Positions 16,446-25,296 of a stretch of DNA of 30,767 nt are shown here, one piece after another. The DNA is from a virus (Duplodnaviria > Caudoviricetes), in the IMG/VR virus record IMGVR_UViG_3300020045_002281, positions 1 to 30,767 of that record; one strand, given 5' to 3'. A program made the translations under genes and the position numbers. The notes under the pieces were generated by a model, which did no database searches, had not been told where the DNA came from, and saw only the letters and a program-made list of their open reading frames with translations. Each line of letters opens with the position of its first letter. Position 1 is the first letter of the stretch.

Positions 16446-16455
16446 ATGTATTCAG
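16436..16455 (+). repeat. 20-bp direct repeat, copy 2 (overlaps the HNH stop)
   Basis: TGTACAATAAATGTATTCAG, 19/20 identical to copy 1. Confidence 0.8.
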
Positions 16456-16480
16456 TAACACAAAACAAACACTGACCAAT

Positions 16481-16513
16481 AAAAATAGCCCCACTTGCGA
16501 GAGGGGCTATTTT
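16481..16513. terminator. Bidirectional terminator
   Basis: AAAAATAGCCCC-ACTTGCGAGA-GGGGCTATTTT between convergent genes. Confidence 0.8.
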
Positions 16514-16524
16514 GGTTATTGCGG

Positions 16525-16887
16525 TTATCTGAACTTAGGCAGCGTAGTGGCTTCAACGTCTTGCATCTTTTCACCAACACCGGTTGGCTTCCATAGCCCG
16601 TAATACGTGGCTACAGATATTGCAAATGCTGGAATGACCGCAAGTAGCGCCAGCCCCAAGTCAAACGGTGCGCCGGTGCTTATAGCAGTTGCCAGCTGGG
16701 TTACCAATGAGGTGACCAGCGTAAGCCCTGCAAGCAGCCAAGCTTTGGTTGAGCCTGCGGTTACCCGTGTAGTCACCAGACCCACTAGGATAGGCAGCAC
16801 AACCGCTAAAACGATTTGGACCACTATTGCCCAGTCAAGTGAAAATACCACTGCTGGGGCGTTTATAATGACGGCAAACAAATTCAT
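16525..16887 (-). CDS. Holin
   Basis: About three TM helices; directly after the endolysin; VLPILVGLVTTRVT...YYGLWKPTGV. Confidence 0.75.
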   Translation of the reverse strand: MNLFAVIINAPAVVFSLDWAIVVQIVLAVVLPILVGLVTTRVTAGSTKAWLLAGLTLVTSLVTQLATAISTGAPFDLGLALLAVIPAFAISVATYYGLWKPTGVGEKMQDVEATTLPKFR

Positions 16888-16889
16888 GT

Positions 16890-18014
16890 TTAAAGTCCTA
16901 ACTTACGATTTACTATTGCTTGCACTGCCGCGTAATCGTAACCGGCTGCAGTGATGCGCTGTTTGCGCTCTGGACCATTGCCCCATGAGCCTTGCAGCAC
17001 TTGGTTGGCAATCTCTTCATTGGACTTTTTGCCCAAGTTGGTTTGACCCAGTTTTTGATTAACAATTGATTGAACAGCGTTATAGTCATAGCCTGCGCCA
17101 ACCAAACGATTGCGCCGGTCAGGACCGTTACCCCAAGCACCAGCCAATACCTGTTCAGCAACTTGCTCATTGCTCAGGCGTGCTGGCTGGGCAGGCTTTG
17201 CAGGTGCTACACCATTAACGATGTTCTGAACAGCCTGGTAGTCATAACCTGCGGCTTCTAGGCGCTGCTTACGCTCTGGGTTGTTGCCCCATGCACCGGC
17301 AAGCACTTCTTGTGCCACAACCGCGTTAGACTTGCGTGCAGGCGCTTCTACTGGGTTGCCTACGCTACCATTAACGATAGCTTGAATGGCATTGTAGTCA
17401 TACCCTGCAGCAATGAGGCTATCACGGCGCTGTGGGTTATTACCCCACTTGCCTGCTAATACTTCGTTGGCAATCTCTTGGTTGCTCTTTTTGCCTGGCT
17501 GTGGGGCAGGGGCAGGTGATCCGCCATCAAGTAGGGCATTAACACGGTTTGCAAGCTCTGGCAGCCATCCTAATAGCTGAACAGGACAGGCGGTAGGCTT
17601 CTGCGATACCTGGCTGTGACCAAATAGGTTTACGCCTGGCACAAGCTTACCAATGCTTGGGTTGCGCCGTACAATGTCAGCACACAGCTCAACAAGCGTG
17701 TTGCGTGTTTCAGCTGCTACATCCCAGTTTGGTGCGCCGGATGAGTTGACGTTTTCAATACCAATTGACTCTTGGTTGACAGGGTAATTGCCACAGTGGT
17801 AAGCCGTGTGGCTTTCAGACACGTATTTGTCTACATTGTTATTGCGCCCTACGCCATAGTGCGCTGATGCGCCGCGTCCAGGGTTAGCAAAAACAGCACC
17901 AATGCTATCAAAGCTAGTGCTTGCAGCGTGGTGAATGATAATCTTTTTGATTGTCTTACGGCTGGTGTCGTAATTCGCTGGGTTAGCTGGGTTTTGACGT
18001 ACTGTATAAGACAT
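16890..18014 (-). CDS. Endolysin: N-acetylmuramoyl-L-alanine amidase (Amidase_2) with four CW_7 repeats
   Basis: IIIHHAA, ASAHYGV, AYHCG, SIGIE, GH...TACP; four copies of xSNxxxAxxVLxGxWGNxPxRxxxxxxAGYDYxAxQxIVN. Confidence 0.92.
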   Translation of the reverse strand: MSYTVRQNPANPANYDTSRKTIKKIIIHHAASTSFDSIGAVFANPGRGASAHYGVGRNNNVDKYVSESHTAYHCGNYPVNQESIGIENVNSSGAPNWDVAAETRNTLVELCADIVRRNPSIGKLVPGVNLFGHSQVSQKPTACPVQLLGWLPELANRVNALLDGGSPAPAPQPGKKSNQEIANEVLAGKWGNNPQRRDSLIAAGYDYNAIQAIVNGSVGNPVEAPARKSNAVVAQEVLAGAWGNNPERKQRLEAAGYDYQAVQNIVNGVAPAKPAQPARLSNEQVAEQVLAGAWGNGPDRRNRLVGAGYDYNAVQSIVNQKLGQTNLGKKSNEEIANQVLQGSWGNGPERKQRITAAGYDYAAVQAIVNRKLGL

Positions 18015-18089
18015 TTATTCATCCCCCTTGCCGCTACCCATAGCGTCTAGCTCTTCTTGGTGTTCTGGTGTGACTTCTACCTCTGACAT
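18015..18089 (-). CDS. 24-aa acidic peptide in frame with, and abutting, the endolysin
   Basis: AAGGAG RBS; MSEVEVTPEHQEELDAMGSGKGDE-TAA immediately followed by the lysin ATG. Confidence 0.55.
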   Translation of the reverse strand: MSEVEVTPEHQEELDAMGSGKGDE

Positions 18090-18115
18090 AGAAAACTCCT
18101 TTTCTTTATGACTCA

Positions 18116-18124
18116 ATTATAACA
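18116..18124 (-). promoter_or_regulatory. Extended -10 promoter for the lysis cassette
   Basis: TGTTATAAT. Confidence 0.55.
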
Positions 18125-18131
18125 TAAGCAC

Positions 18132-18464
18132 CTACCATGAATTTGATAGTGGTACTTGGTTGATTGCTAAGTTGCTTTCATAATCTGACTCCATACGCGC
18201 ACCCTTTTTGCGGTTGCATACGCTATGAGACAGCTGCAGGTTTTCTAGGGCGTACAGTGAGCCGCCACGCGCACGCGGCACTATGTGGTCAATTTCTACT
18301 GCCAAGCCATTGTAAGCGCCTGTTGTGGGGTCTTTCATGGGCAGCTGCACATCAATGTACTTGTGACATATAGCACACACTGGATCAAGCGTAGCAAGCG
18401 CACGCTTGCGCGTTGCAGCCCATTCAGTCTTGTTGAACTTCTGGGTTCGCGGTAAACCGTCCAT
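18132..18464 (-). CDS. HNH endonuclease (HK97 gp74-like)
   Basis: WAATRKRAL, CAIC, EIDHIVPRARGG, NLQLSHSVCNRKKG. Confidence 0.85.
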   Translation of the reverse strand: MDGLPRTQKFNKTEWAATRKRALATLDPVCAICHKYIDVQLPMKDPTTGAYNGLAVEIDHIVPRARGGSLYALENLQLSHSVCNRKKGARMESDYESNLAINQVPLSNSW

Positions 18465-18467
18465 AGG

Positions 18468-19616
18468 CTATGGCTTAGTGTAGTAAATCGTGACGTATGT
18501 AATTTCAAATGCAGTACGGTCAGTATAGGTTGTAATAACAATATCTGTGCTAGTAATTTCTAGCTTAAACTGACGGGTAGAGCCTGTATCCCATGACAAT
18601 ATCGGACCCCATGAGCTTCCAACAGATACCATACTAAAGCCCTCATGCTTGATGATGTGGTTATAGCCACCGGCAAGACCATGTGAGACAGATTTAGCGG
18701 TTGTATTTGGCAGTGCGCCAAAGTTGATAGTTTTTTTGTAAATTACTTTTCCATCAACCCACCTAGTGCCGGTGTCGGTTTCAGAGGTAGAATAGTTGTT
18801 TGGTATGTTCAATAGTGCTGCCGGATAGCCAGACGGTGTGTTGTCATAGCTATATGCTGGGCGGTCAAGTGGTACGTTTGCAACGGTGTATGTGCCGCCA
18901 CCGCTTACGGTGACAGTCGTGTTAGTTGAGAATGCTGAACTAAGCACATAGAAGTATTTGACTGATCCACTTTGATAAATTCGTAGTTTTGTACCTACTG
19001 GGAATTGCGCGGTTAAATCAACACCGGCAATTGTGAACGTGGTAGCGCTACCGTACACCCAAGTATATGTTGCATCATGCAGCCAGCCACCTTGAGGCTG
19101 TGCTGTAGCCATAAGGCGTAAATCATCAATCACAGAGTTGCTTATTGATGTTGCGCCTGCAGCAACGCGCACACGCGCCAATTTGACGTATGGGTTACCT
19201 GAGCCAACTGCAGCCTGGATGGTTGCATTACTTGGGTCTACTGGGCTACCGGCAGCTGTGCCAGGTACGCTGATAATCTTGACCACACCGTTAGTGTTGT
19301 TTGCAACACCGGTGCTTGGGGTTTGCCCGTAGTCAATGTACATCACAACAATGTCACGGCGTGGGTTTGACCCGTCAGCTGTAGCAATAGTGCGGTTGTA
19401 TACGGCATCATTCCATGCTGGGTGTCCATAAGTACCATCTGAACGCTGTATGATTGCGTCACCAATAGCAACGTCAACGCTCATGTTTGCGCCAGCGCCG
19501 CGTTGGCTTACTGTAAGCCCGTTAAGCACTTCACCAATAAAACCTTTAGTAACACCTCTTAGGTGTCCTGCTTCGTTAGTTCGTCCGCCGTCTCTGTTGC
19601 TAGTTGCTAAACTCAT
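18468..19616 (-). CDS. Minor tail / tail fibre (receptor-binding) protein
   Basis: GANMSVDVAIG, ADGSNPRRDIVV, LARVRVAAGATSISNSVIDDLR; C-terminal YSTSETDTGTRWVDGKVIYKKT...YVTIYYTK. Confidence 0.75.
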   Translation of the reverse strand: MSLATSNRDGGRTNEAGHLRGVTKGFIGEVLNGLTVSQRGAGANMSVDVAIGDAIIQRSDGTYGHPAWNDAVYNRTIATADGSNPRRDIVVMYIDYGQTPSTGVANNTNGVVKIISVPGTAAGSPVDPSNATIQAAVGSGNPYVKLARVRVAAGATSISNSVIDDLRLMATAQPQGGWLHDATYTWVYGSATTFTIAGVDLTAQFPVGTKLRIYQSGSVKYFYVLSSAFSTNTTVTVSGGGTYTVANVPLDRPAYSYDNTPSGYPAALLNIPNNYSTSETDTGTRWVDGKVIYKKTINFGALPNTTAKSVSHGLAGGYNHIIKHEGFSMVSVGSSWGPILSWDTGSTRQFKLEITSTDIVITTYTDRTAFEITYVTIYYTKP

Positions 19617-19640
19617 GCTTATAATCCTTTTGCTTTAATT

Positions 19641-20072
19641 TTACAATACTTGCTCTTCAATTACTAGTTCACCTTTTTGGGTTGCAAAGGTATAAAACCT
19701 GAGCCGTATACCTGCTGGATCACTGTTATAGTCAACGTGCTTTACCTTAAGCCACCAACTATATGGATCATCACCCACCGGCTCTAAATCGTATGACATG
19801 CCTTGATAGGCAAACTGAAAGCCAGTCTCAAAAAATATGTTCATAAAGCCACGTGTTGGCTCTGGCACTTGGTAGGTAATCTTGTATAGTTTTTTCCACG
19901 TTGGATCAGTGATATTAAGTATTTCATAATCCCAGCCTGGGCGCGCATCATGGCGGTAAAATACCCAGCTGTCACCGGCAATTGGCTGTGGGGTTGTTTT
20001 CATCTCTTCAAGCACACGCTTTGCAGCGTATACCCTATCTTGCAATGTCTCTATATCACTTCTGCCAGCCAT
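19641..20072 (-). CDS. Minor tail protein, paralogue 3
   Basis: Position; N-terminal coiled coil LEEMKTTPQPIAGD followed by a beta-rich domain. Confidence 0.6.
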   Translation of the reverse strand: MAGRSDIETLQDRVYAAKRVLEEMKTTPQPIAGDSWVFYRHDARPGWDYEILNITDPTWKKLYKITYQVPEPTRGFMNIFFETGFQFAYQGMSYDLEPVGDDPYSWWLKVKHVDYNSDPAGIRLRFYTFATQKGELVIEEQVL

Positions 20073-20073
20073 T

Positions 20074-20562
20074 TTATATATACTTCCAGGTTACAGTGCC
20101 AGTATCTGTGCTATCCACTATAAACTTAACTTTAAGATTTATACCACTACGGTAAGCTGTAAGGTTGAAATACCAGCCATCAAGCTTTGGTGTTGGCTGC
20201 AGACCGGCGTAAGCCAAAAAGCTGTCATGCACATAACCATTTACTGCAGCGTCCTGCACATGATCGTCAAATGAGTTAATCGTGTAATAGGTGGTGTTAT
20301 CAATCAGAATAATATAGCGCATGTTGTTTACGGCTGCCAGCTGGGTTGCTGCTTCAAATAAAACGCTTACATCTATCTGGCGGCTTGAAAATGGTGTATA
20401 AGCCCAAACTGGTGTCCAATCAATATCCCAGCCCCCGTTTTCATTAACGTATGTTTGGACCGTATCAGTGCCAGTAAATTGCTTTTGTTTCAGCTCACGT
20501 ATCTGATCCTCAATCTGCTTGAGTTCGTATGCCAAATTATTATAAATAATGTCTGGGTTCAT
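20074..20562 (-). CDS. Minor tail protein, paralogue 2
   Basis: IRELKQKQFTGTD followed by a beta-rich domain. Confidence 0.6.
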   Translation of the reverse strand: MNPDIIYNNLAYELKQIEDQIRELKQKQFTGTDTVQTYVNENGGWDIDWTPVWAYTPFSSRQIDVSVLFEAATQLAAVNNMRYIILIDNTTYYTINSFDDHVQDAAVNGYVHDSFLAYAGLQPTPKLDGWYFNLTAYRSGINLKVKFIVDSTDTGTVTWKYI

Positions 20563-21044
20563 TAGTCTATATATCCTGCCTCTAATAATAGTGTACCGCT
20601 GTCAGTAGCATAAAAATATACCTTTACATAAAGCACTGTGGTGTCTGGGAATGTCGCGGTTTGCACATAGCCCTTGTACGCAATGGTTTTTTCACCTGTG
20701 CGCGAAAAGCTAATGTAATTAAAGCCGCTTACTTGGTTTGGTGTCGCTGGGTTATTTGGGTTGCCATAGAATACTTGGTAAAAAGGTGTTGCCCAGGGTT
20801 CAAGCTGATTATCTGCAGTGAATGTAATCGTAAAGTCAGCGCGTGTGCCGTCACCCCATTCATTCAAGGCAGTAACGATGTCATAGGGCGTAGGGTTGCC
20901 GCCACCATCTAAAAACTGAACAACATTTGGGCGCATGATGTCGCGCCCAATTCGCTGGGCGTTTTTAATCTCATCAATGTCACGGCGTAGTTGCTTAAAA
21001 TCTTCCGCAAACTGCTGGTCTGGTAGCATCGCTAATCTTGTCAT
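20562..21044 (-). CDS. Minor tail protein, paralogue 1
   Basis: IDEIKNAQRIGRD followed by a beta-rich domain. Confidence 0.6.
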   Translation of the reverse strand: MTRLAMLPDQQFAEDFKQLRRDIDEIKNAQRIGRDIMRPNVVQFLDGGGNPTPYDIVTALNEWGDGTRADFTITFTADNQLEPWATPFYQVFYGNPNNPATPNQVSGFNYISFSRTGEKTIAYKGYVQTATFPDTTVLYVKVYFYATDSGTLLLEAGYID

Positions 21045-22087
21045 AAGCCATAGTTATCCACCACTAAATCAATATCCTCAGCGTCATTGGCATCAAGTGA
21101 ACAAGTTATTTGTTCAATCCTAAACATGCCATCAAGTGGTAGGGATGTGAAGCCCTGAGTGTTGACCGGTATGATGTCACCAACCCATACGGTGTTGAGG
21201 TCACAAAATTCACCATCAACCTTTAGCTTTGGCAGCATCACAATATCTTTGCGTAGCAGCACTTCACTGACTGCCTGCTGGTCAAGGGTCTGTTGCACTG
21301 CTATTGAGTTAAAGCTAAGTATCTTCTGGCGCGTGCCGTAATTGGCGCGGCTGGCAGTGTCACCGGCTTCACTGCGTAGTGTCTCTTCACCAAAGCCTGA
21401 GCCTAGCGCAATAATATAGTTGTACAGATTGAGCGCCGTGCGCGGCACTGTCATGCTCTTGATGTTATACGGGTATGTAAAGCGTAGATTGTCACGGGTT
21501 GCGCCCATCTGGGTATAAGTCTCAAATGTCCGGTCAGCTAAAAACTTAAAGTCAAATGTGCCGTCAAGTAGGTTGGTCATATTAACAATGGCATCTTTTA
21601 CGTTCTGGTCAATGTAAGTACGATCACGCAACACGCCGCTGTCTTGTGACACGCCGTTTGTTATTCCAAAGCTGCCCATTACGGTTTGTGTCTCAGCAAT
21701 CAAATCACGGGCAATTACTGCAGCATCTACTTGGCTATAGTTTTTGGTAACGTAGCGATCCATCATCAAGTCTAAGAAGCCGCTACACTTCACCTGCACG
21801 CCTGCACCACTTTCATCAAAGGTATATTGCATATCAACCACCTGCACGCCAAATAGGTATGCACCATTGCGCCGTACACGCACATCAGTAACGTAAGCCT
21901 CAAGCACCTCAATTGGCTCACTGCCCAGGCTGGCACAATATGCCTCAAATGCCTTAACATCCAGGCTAAAGGTCAGCTCTTCACGGTCATTGCGCTTAAT
22001 GGTGTATGAGCGATTTTGAGCAAGCCCAGTGATGTCACCCACAAGTACGTTATTTATCCATAGTTCAAATTGGTATTTTGGTTGCAT
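21041..22087 (-). CDS. Baseplate hub / Tal-like protein (ReqiPepy6 Gp37-like)
   Basis: Follows Dit; NYIIALGSGFG, VWVGDIIPV, FRIEQI. Confidence 0.7.
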   Translation of the reverse strand: MQPKYQFELWINNVLVGDITGLAQNRSYTIKRNDREELTFSLDVKAFEAYCASLGSEPIEVLEAYVTDVRVRRNGAYLFGVQVVDMQYTFDESGAGVQVKCSGFLDLMMDRYVTKNYSQVDAAVIARDLIAETQTVMGSFGITNGVSQDSGVLRDRTYIDQNVKDAIVNMTNLLDGTFDFKFLADRTFETYTQMGATRDNLRFTYPYNIKSMTVPRTALNLYNYIIALGSGFGEETLRSEAGDTASRANYGTRQKILSFNSIAVQQTLDQQAVSEVLLRKDIVMLPKLKVDGEFCDLNTVWVGDIIPVNTQGFTSLPLDGMFRIEQITCSLDANDAEDIDLVVDNYGL

Positions 22088-22088
22088 A

Positions 22089-22934
22089 TTAAATACCTGT
22101 TACCCCGTTACGCCACTGCAGTTCAGCATATACGGTATCATCACTTGTATCACTGGTAAGCACAATTGAGTTGTCACCAGGCGTTAGACCCCACCAAGTG
22201 CTATCATCTGTGCGGTTGCCCATGATGTTGCTGCCGTTGAGCGTTACCGTGCGGTTTGACATATCAATTTCAATTACGTCACCATCAGCCGTGCTAATCT
22301 CTAGCGCAAATGTCTCACCGGTTGTTTGGTTGGTAATTATTGGGTCATGGGCTTCATCAAATAGCTGAATAACTGGGAATACGGTGGCATTACCAGAGTT
22401 GGTTACGATTGTTGGCTGTGCGCCGGTAGCCCAGTCAACAGGCAAGTCATAAGGCGTAACATAGCCGCCGGTCTGCGCCTGCAGGTTGACTGTGGCGGTT
22501 TGGATGTCACCACCATCAGTTGAGTAAAATAATGGGTCACCAGCCGTTAGCTGTATCAAGAAGTCACTGGTATGACCGCGCTGGCGGTATTCTACTTTGG
22601 CATCTGTCACGTTGGCATCTGTGCGGTATGTCTCACCGCTGAATGTAGTGATGTACACCGGTATGGTTGTGCCAATAGGCAGTGCAGCAATCAGTGCCTG
22701 ACGATCAAGTGCGTGTTGCTCAACAGTACCGGCATTTTCACCAATGATACCGTTGATGGTAATTATGCGAAAACCAAGCAGCTGGTCACTGACCACGCCG
22801 CCGGACCGTCCACTAAATAAGAAGCTTGAGGTGCGAATATCTGCAACACCTAAACCGGTAACACCTTGAATGATGAAATGGCTGCCGTTTGCTAGGGCGC
22901 TTAGGGTTAGTATGTTGTTCAGATTTATATTCAT
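22089..22934 (-). CDS. Distal tail protein (Dit)
   Basis: Follows the tape measure gene; LTAGDPLFYS, NSGNATVFPVI, IDMSNRTVTLNG, WWGLTPGDN. Confidence 0.8.
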   Translation of the reverse strand: MNINLNNILTLSALANGSHFIIQGVTGLGVADIRTSSFLFSGRSGGVVSDQLLGFRIITINGIIGENAGTVEQHALDRQALIAALPIGTTIPVYITTFSGETYRTDANVTDAKVEYRQRGHTSDFLIQLTAGDPLFYSTDGGDIQTATVNLQAQTGGYVTPYDLPVDWATGAQPTIVTNSGNATVFPVIQLFDEAHDPIITNQTTGETFALEISTADGDVIEIDMSNRTVTLNGSNIMGNRTDDSTWWGLTPGDNSIVLTSDTSDDTVYAELQWRNGVTGI

Positions 22935-22935
22935 G

Positions 22936-24816
22936 TTATCGCCTTACCTGCCACGCTAAATCACGTGTTACTGCATCCAAGTCAACTTGGTTGTAGATGT
23001 CATTATTTTGTACTATCTGCGGACCTGCTGCAATAGCGCCGTTTGCGCTGCTTGGTACGGTACTCATTGGCGTTGTAGTCATGCTGGCAGTCAGATTAGG
23101 GTTAGCAGTCATTGCACCCAGTGCATCACTTGACATAGCATCAACAGCTTTTGTGACTAATCCAGCGCTGCCCTCAATACCCTTTGCAAGCCCCCTGTCC
23201 AGGTCACGACCAATACCGGCAAACACCGTTGATGGTGAATGGATGCCAAAAAAGCCCTTGATGCCATCCAGGATGCCTTGCCCAAAGCCTTTAATTTTAT
23301 CAATTACCCAGCCGCCTAAGTCCTTAATACCATTCCACAAGCCTTTAATCATATCGCCACCAATACGCGCCAGGTTGCTAGGTGATAGTGTTTCACCAAT
23401 GATACGCATGATGTTGCCCAGTGCGCCAACCAATGAGCCAATGATTTGTGGTATTGCTTTCACCAGCGCCATGAATAGCTGAATGGTTGCATTTATCATC
23501 ATGTTGATGAACTTGGTGCTTGTAATCGTTTTAACAATGTTTTCAATGATGGTTGGCAGTGCGTTGACCAGCGCAACGATAATGACCGGCAAAGCCTTAA
23601 TAATGGCTAGGAATAGCTGTATAGCGCCCATGATGAGGGCGGTAAGTGCTTCTGGGCTGGTAAGACCGTTTACGATAGCCTCAATGATGGTAGGCAGCGC
23701 ATTTGCAATCATAGTAACGATTTCAGGCAGCGCCATGACGATTGCCAAGAATAGTTGTATAAATCCATCAATAAGCAGTGGCAGGGCTGCTAGAAGCGCT
23801 GCAATGATGGTAGGCATAGCCTTTACAATTGCTTGGACCAGGCTAACTACTGCGCCAATAAGTGCAGGTATGAGAGTTGGTAGCGCGGCAGATAATGCCG
23901 GTACGACTGCTTGAACAATCTGCACAATACCATCAACCAATTTAGGTAGCAGTGCAATGATCTGCGGCACAGCAATTTTGATGGTGCTGACCAGGCTATT
24001 AACAAAGCCGGTGACGTTGCCGGTTGCCATAAAGTCTTGGAATGCTTTTTTAGTAGTGTTGATTGAGCCAGCAAGCGTGTCATTTTCTTTTGCATAGTTA
24101 CCGGCATATTTGGCGGTCTTTTCCATGAACATCTGCTGGGCAAGTCCAACCTTTTCTTGTATGGACATTTCAGAGGTTGTTTTGTTGATGCCCTTAGCTG
24201 CAGCATACGCGCCAATGGCGGTATCATTCATTGCAACACCAAGATTATCCATCATGGTGAAGTTACCCTTAGCCATACCAGTCACAGCTTCAAGCGCACT
24301 GGTGGTATCAATACCCATGATTGATGCAACGTCTGAGGCGCGTTGCATTGACTCTTCTGACATTTGCATGGACTTTTGAACGTCAAAGCCTGCGCCCTGG
24401 AATAGTGACCCCATTTTGTTTGCGCCCTGCAAGAACTCATTTTGGCTTAAGCCCATGTTGGTATAAGCATCATCTGCAGTGGCTTTAATCTTTGCAGCGT
24501 ACTCACCAAATACCGCCTCAGCACCGCCTAGCTGCTGCTCAAGCTCTGCACCGGCAGTAAGTGCCTTAGTTGTCAGTGCAACCATTCCAGCAGCGCCTGC
24601 AGCCATTCCAGCGGCAATAGCAATACCTGCGCCCTTAGCAAAGCCACCTAGTTTACCTAGTGCGCTTTGGAATGGACCGCTATTTTTTTCAACCTCATCA
24701 CCAAGTGCTGCAGTAGCTGGACCGGCAGCGCCCTTAAAACCAGCGGCAATTTTGCCCTGGATGCCGGTCATATTCGGCGTTACGCGTACTGTTGCTGATC
24801 CAATGTCACCTGCCAT
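22936..24816 (-). CDS. Tape measure protein
   Basis: 626 aa, Ala-rich helical; ELEQQLGGAEAVF, NFTMMDNL, amphipathic repeats, FFGIHSPSTVF. Confidence 0.9.
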   Translation of the reverse strand: MAGDIGSATVRVTPNMTGIQGKIAAGFKGAAGPATAALGDEVEKNSGPFQSALGKLGGFAKGAGIAIAAGMAAGAAGMVALTTKALTAGAELEQQLGGAEAVFGEYAAKIKATADDAYTNMGLSQNEFLQGANKMGSLFQGAGFDVQKSMQMSEESMQRASDVASIMGIDTTSALEAVTGMAKGNFTMMDNLGVAMNDTAIGAYAAAKGINKTTSEMSIQEKVGLAQQMFMEKTAKYAGNYAKENDTLAGSINTTKKAFQDFMATGNVTGFVNSLVSTIKIAVPQIIALLPKLVDGIVQIVQAVVPALSAALPTLIPALIGAVVSLVQAIVKAMPTIIAALLAALPLLIDGFIQLFLAIVMALPEIVTMIANALPTIIEAIVNGLTSPEALTALIMGAIQLFLAIIKALPVIIVALVNALPTIIENIVKTITSTKFINMMINATIQLFMALVKAIPQIIGSLVGALGNIMRIIGETLSPSNLARIGGDMIKGLWNGIKDLGGWVIDKIKGFGQGILDGIKGFFGIHSPSTVFAGIGRDLDRGLAKGIEGSAGLVTKAVDAMSSDALGAMTANPNLTASMTTTPMSTVPSSANGAIAAGPQIVQNNDIYNQVDLDAVTRDLAWQVRR

Positions 24817-24848
24817 GTGGTTGCTGCTACTTTCGGAGTTTTATTAAA

Positions 24849-24896
24849 CCAGTTTTGCCGCAACCGTAGCGTATGTTTATATTGCAAATTATACCA
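24849..24896 (-). promoter_or_regulatory. Extended -10 promoter plus conserved leader motif, copy upstream of the tape measure gene
   Basis: TGGTATAAT-N14-TACGCTACGGTTGCGGCAAAACTGG; near-identical copy at 29586-29636. Confidence 0.7.
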
Positions 24897-24903
24897 TAAG
24901 CTG

Positions 24904-25194
24904 TTACACGCGCCCAGCATCTCTTGCTTTGATTAAAGCCATGTGTCCAATGTAATTCTGGTGGGCATCTTTACCCCGTGCCGTGATGGTGGCAATTGCA
25001 CGCCTACCTTTTTTGACCGTGCCAACTGAATGGGTAACGGTTATTTCAGGTGGGTCACTGCTCATGCTGGCTGCCATTGATTGTGCGCGTGCTGCAATGG
25101 CATCACCGGACTGCTTAATTAGCGGCGCTACCATGTCCGTAAGGATCACAGCGGCTGCTTGTGTGTCCAGTGAAAATGATACGTCTCTGCTCAT
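24904..25194 (-). CDS. HK97 gp10-like neck/tail-completion protein, probably leaderless
   Basis: MSRDVSFSLDTQAAAVIL...GDAIAARA...RAIATI...ALIKA; TATACT 7 nt upstream of ATG 25194. Confidence 0.6.
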   Translation of the reverse strand: MSRDVSFSLDTQAAAVILTDMVAPLIKQSGDAIAARAQSMAASMSSDPPEITVTHSVGTVKKGRRAIATITARGKDAHQNYIGHMALIKARDAGRV

Positions 25195-25266
25195 ACCACT
25201 TAGTATAGCGCACGCGTATGGGTGGTTACTATAGCTCACTCCCCTACTCTGCCGTGTGTGTCGCAT

Positions 25267-25296
25267 AAAAAAAGCCGTCAAGGTGTTTGACAGGCT
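25267..25296 (-). terminator. Intrinsic terminator after the tail chaperones
   Basis: AGCCTGTCAA-ACACC-TTGACGGCT followed by a T tract. Confidence 0.7.

Noticed and set aside
16900-17500. Repeated DNA inside the endolysin as a possible CRISPR or DGR repeat
   Set aside because: These are degenerate protein-coding CW_7 repeats with no constant repeat-spacer pattern.
18468-21044. Diversity-generating retroelement acting on tail proteins
   Set aside because: No reverse transcriptase and no template/variable repeat pair differing at adenines was seen.
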